Shown here one piece after another: positions 62,923 to 64,000 of a stretch of DNA of 64,000 nt. How positions within the stretch are numbered: position 1 is the stretch's first letter; the number at the start of each line of letters is the position of its first letter. The notes below the pieces were generated by a model. It saw nothing but the letters and a program-made list of their open reading frames with translations. It searched no databases and was not told where the DNA came from. The stretch covers positions 479 to 64,478 of the forward strand of contig JAJDVW010000165.1 of the NCBI GenBank assembly GCA_022825925.1. Reading direction: 5' to 3'. The DNA is from Pseudomonadales bacterium. Its GTDB lineage: Bacteria; Pseudomonadota; Gammaproteobacteria; Pseudomonadales; Azotimanducaceae. The position numbers and the translations under genes are program-made.

Positions 62923-63159
62923 CTACCGACCCTTCTCTATGACGAACTCCAGGCGCTCCCCCGTCGCGCCGAGTTCCTCGAGCGTGTGTCCGAGGAAACG
63001 GCAGAAGTTCCGGAAGTCCCGCGTCGTGGAGGGATCGGTGGCCACCACGTGGACCCGCTCCCCCGGGCGCATCTCGCGTACGCGGTTCCGGACGATCATG
63101 AGCGGTTCCGGACAGATGAGTCCGGTGGCATCGATTTCGTACTGGACGTCGTCCGACAT
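62923..63159 (-). CDS. tusA: TusA/SirA-family sulfur-carrier protein
   Basis: The ATG at 63159 opens IDATGLICPEPLMIVRNRV, which carries the CPxP motif. The protein is 78 aa. Confidence 0.8.
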   Translation of the reverse strand: MSDDVQYEIDATGLICPEPLMIVRNRVREMRPGERVHVVATDPSTTRDFRNFCRFLGHTLEELGATGERLEFVIEKGR

Positions 63160-63325
63160 GGTCCGCGGGCCGGCCCTGGCTATCCTCGGCCGTGATGATA
63201 GCCAAACCCCCGGTCGTGGAACCGGCGCGGTCCGTCGCCTTGACTCTCCCGGCGGCGGGCAGGACACTCCGCGAAACCATCCGGGCAGCCAGGGCTCGCG
63301 CCATGGTGGAGGTCAAGCACTCGCG

Positions 63326-64000
63326 ATGAATTGCCGCGCCGCTACGTTGGTAGCGTGCCTCGCCATGGCCGCGTCGGCGACCGACGAGACGATCCAGGAA
63401 GCGCTCGAACCCGAGGATCCGGCAAGCCGCATCGAGGTCCAGCTCACCGCCGGTGAGTTCGCGGACGCCGCCACCGCCGCGGAGGCGTTGGTGGAAGATG
63501 TCGAGGAGGTGTCCGGACGCTACGGTCTCGCGCTCAAGCGTCCGCTGACCCTGCTCGGCGACGCGCTGCTCGGCATGGGCGACGGCCCGGGCGCCCTGAC
63601 CGCCTACGAACGCGCCCTGCACGTCGCGCGGGTCAATCGGGGCCTGTTCGACCCGGACCAGGTCGACGTCGTCTACCGGGAGGCGGTGGTGCACGCGACG
63701 ATGGGCGACCGCGTGGCGGCGGACGCCCGTCACAGCTACGCCTTCAGCGTGTTGTTGCGCGCGTACGGCCGCGAGGACGCCAGGCTCGTACCGGGGCTGT
63801 TCACCCTGGCCGAGTGGCACCAGGAGAACCACCGCGTGTTCTCCGCCCGCCGTCTCTTCGACCGCGTGGTCACCATCGCCGCGAGCCAGCTTCCGCCCGG
63901 CGACCCGCGCATGATCCGGGCGTTGCGCGGCGTGGCGGCAACGTTCCGTGACGAGCGCTTTCCGCGCAACGTGAGCGCCACGCGCAACCGGGCGGCCATG
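63326..64000 (+). CDS. Exported TPR-like repeat protein (3' end outside the window)
   Basis: This ORF is absent from the ORF track because it has no stop codon in the window. The ATG at 63326 opens the signal peptide MNCRAATLVACLAMAASA. Helical repeat-like segments follow (ALTAYERALHVARVNRG..., YAFSVLLRAYG...). Confidence 0.5.
   Translation, partial: MNCRAATLVACLAMAASATDETIQEALEPEDPASRIEVQLTAGEFADAATAAEALVEDVEEVSGRYGLALKRPLTLLGDALLGMGDGPGALTAYERALHVARVNRGLFDPDQVDVVYREAVVHATMGDRVAADARHSYAFSVLLRAYGREDARLVPGLFTLAEWHQENHRVFSARRLFDRVVTIAASQLPPGDPRMIRALRGVAATFRDERFPRNVSATRNRAAM

Noticed and set aside
62912-63832. A 306-aa minus-strand ORF covering tusA and the region beyond it.
   Set aside because: Only the tusA part (in a different frame, 62923-63159) is supported. 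From 63326 onward, the plus strand encodes a signal-peptide-bearing repeat protein that runs off the window. The minus-strand translation is Arg/Gly/Pro-rich.

Overview
This is a very GC-rich, gene-dense chromosomal segment from a diderm (Gram-negative) bacterium. The diderm call rests on a TonB-dependent receptor, many lipobox lipoproteins and a Na+-pumping oxaloacetate decarboxylase. A marine or soil proteobacterium is my inference only.

I can support about 60 protein genes and two tRNA-Arg genes (anticodons CCU and ACG). I see no rRNA, no CRISPR array and no intact transposase or integrase. Many of the long ORFs in the six-frame track are Arg/Pro/Ala/Gly-rich antisense artefacts of the GC content, and I rejected them.

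Recognisable blocks:
- A complete sufB-C-D-S-A-T-E Fe-S assembly operon.
- oadG-A-B, followed on the same strand by a SPOR protein.
- Many acyl-CoA metabolism genes: family III CoA-transferases, crotonase, acyl-CoA synthetase, PaaI thioesterase, SDR and MDR reductases.
- Two GPH/MFS symporters and a UMF1 MFS transporter.
- A TonB-dependent receptor with an upstream lipoprotein.
- An SbcD/YhaO-like plus membrane-anchored SbcC/YhaN-like pair.
- PPK2 coupled to an octaheme-cytochrome/TPR lipoprotein.
- An intact vapBC pair, plus several decayed toxin-antitoxin or defence-like fragments.

Most unusual items:
1. A translationally coupled four-gene module (6492-12308). It encodes an unknown protein, a SAM methyltransferase, a biotin-carboxylase/carboxyltransferase fusion that lacks any biotin-carrier domain, and a covalently doubled CoA-transferase. 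A second doubled CoA-transferase paralog elsewhere has no canonical start codon.
2. Four CGTGAC direct repeats at exact 11-bp phasing upstream of the lipoprotein/TonB-receptor operon.
3. Short tandem repeats in three places: 13 bp x5 copying a gene's stop region, 15 bp x5 encoding GLPAG in OadG, and a 47-bp REP-like palindromic unit.
4. An extremely His-rich exported protein.
5. A palindromic IscR-type-2-like box abutting a TATAAT that predicts a leaderless sufB mRNA.
6. A roughly 630-bp graveyard of gene fragments at 56.4-57.0 kb.

All family assignments come from reading motifs by eye. No database search was run.
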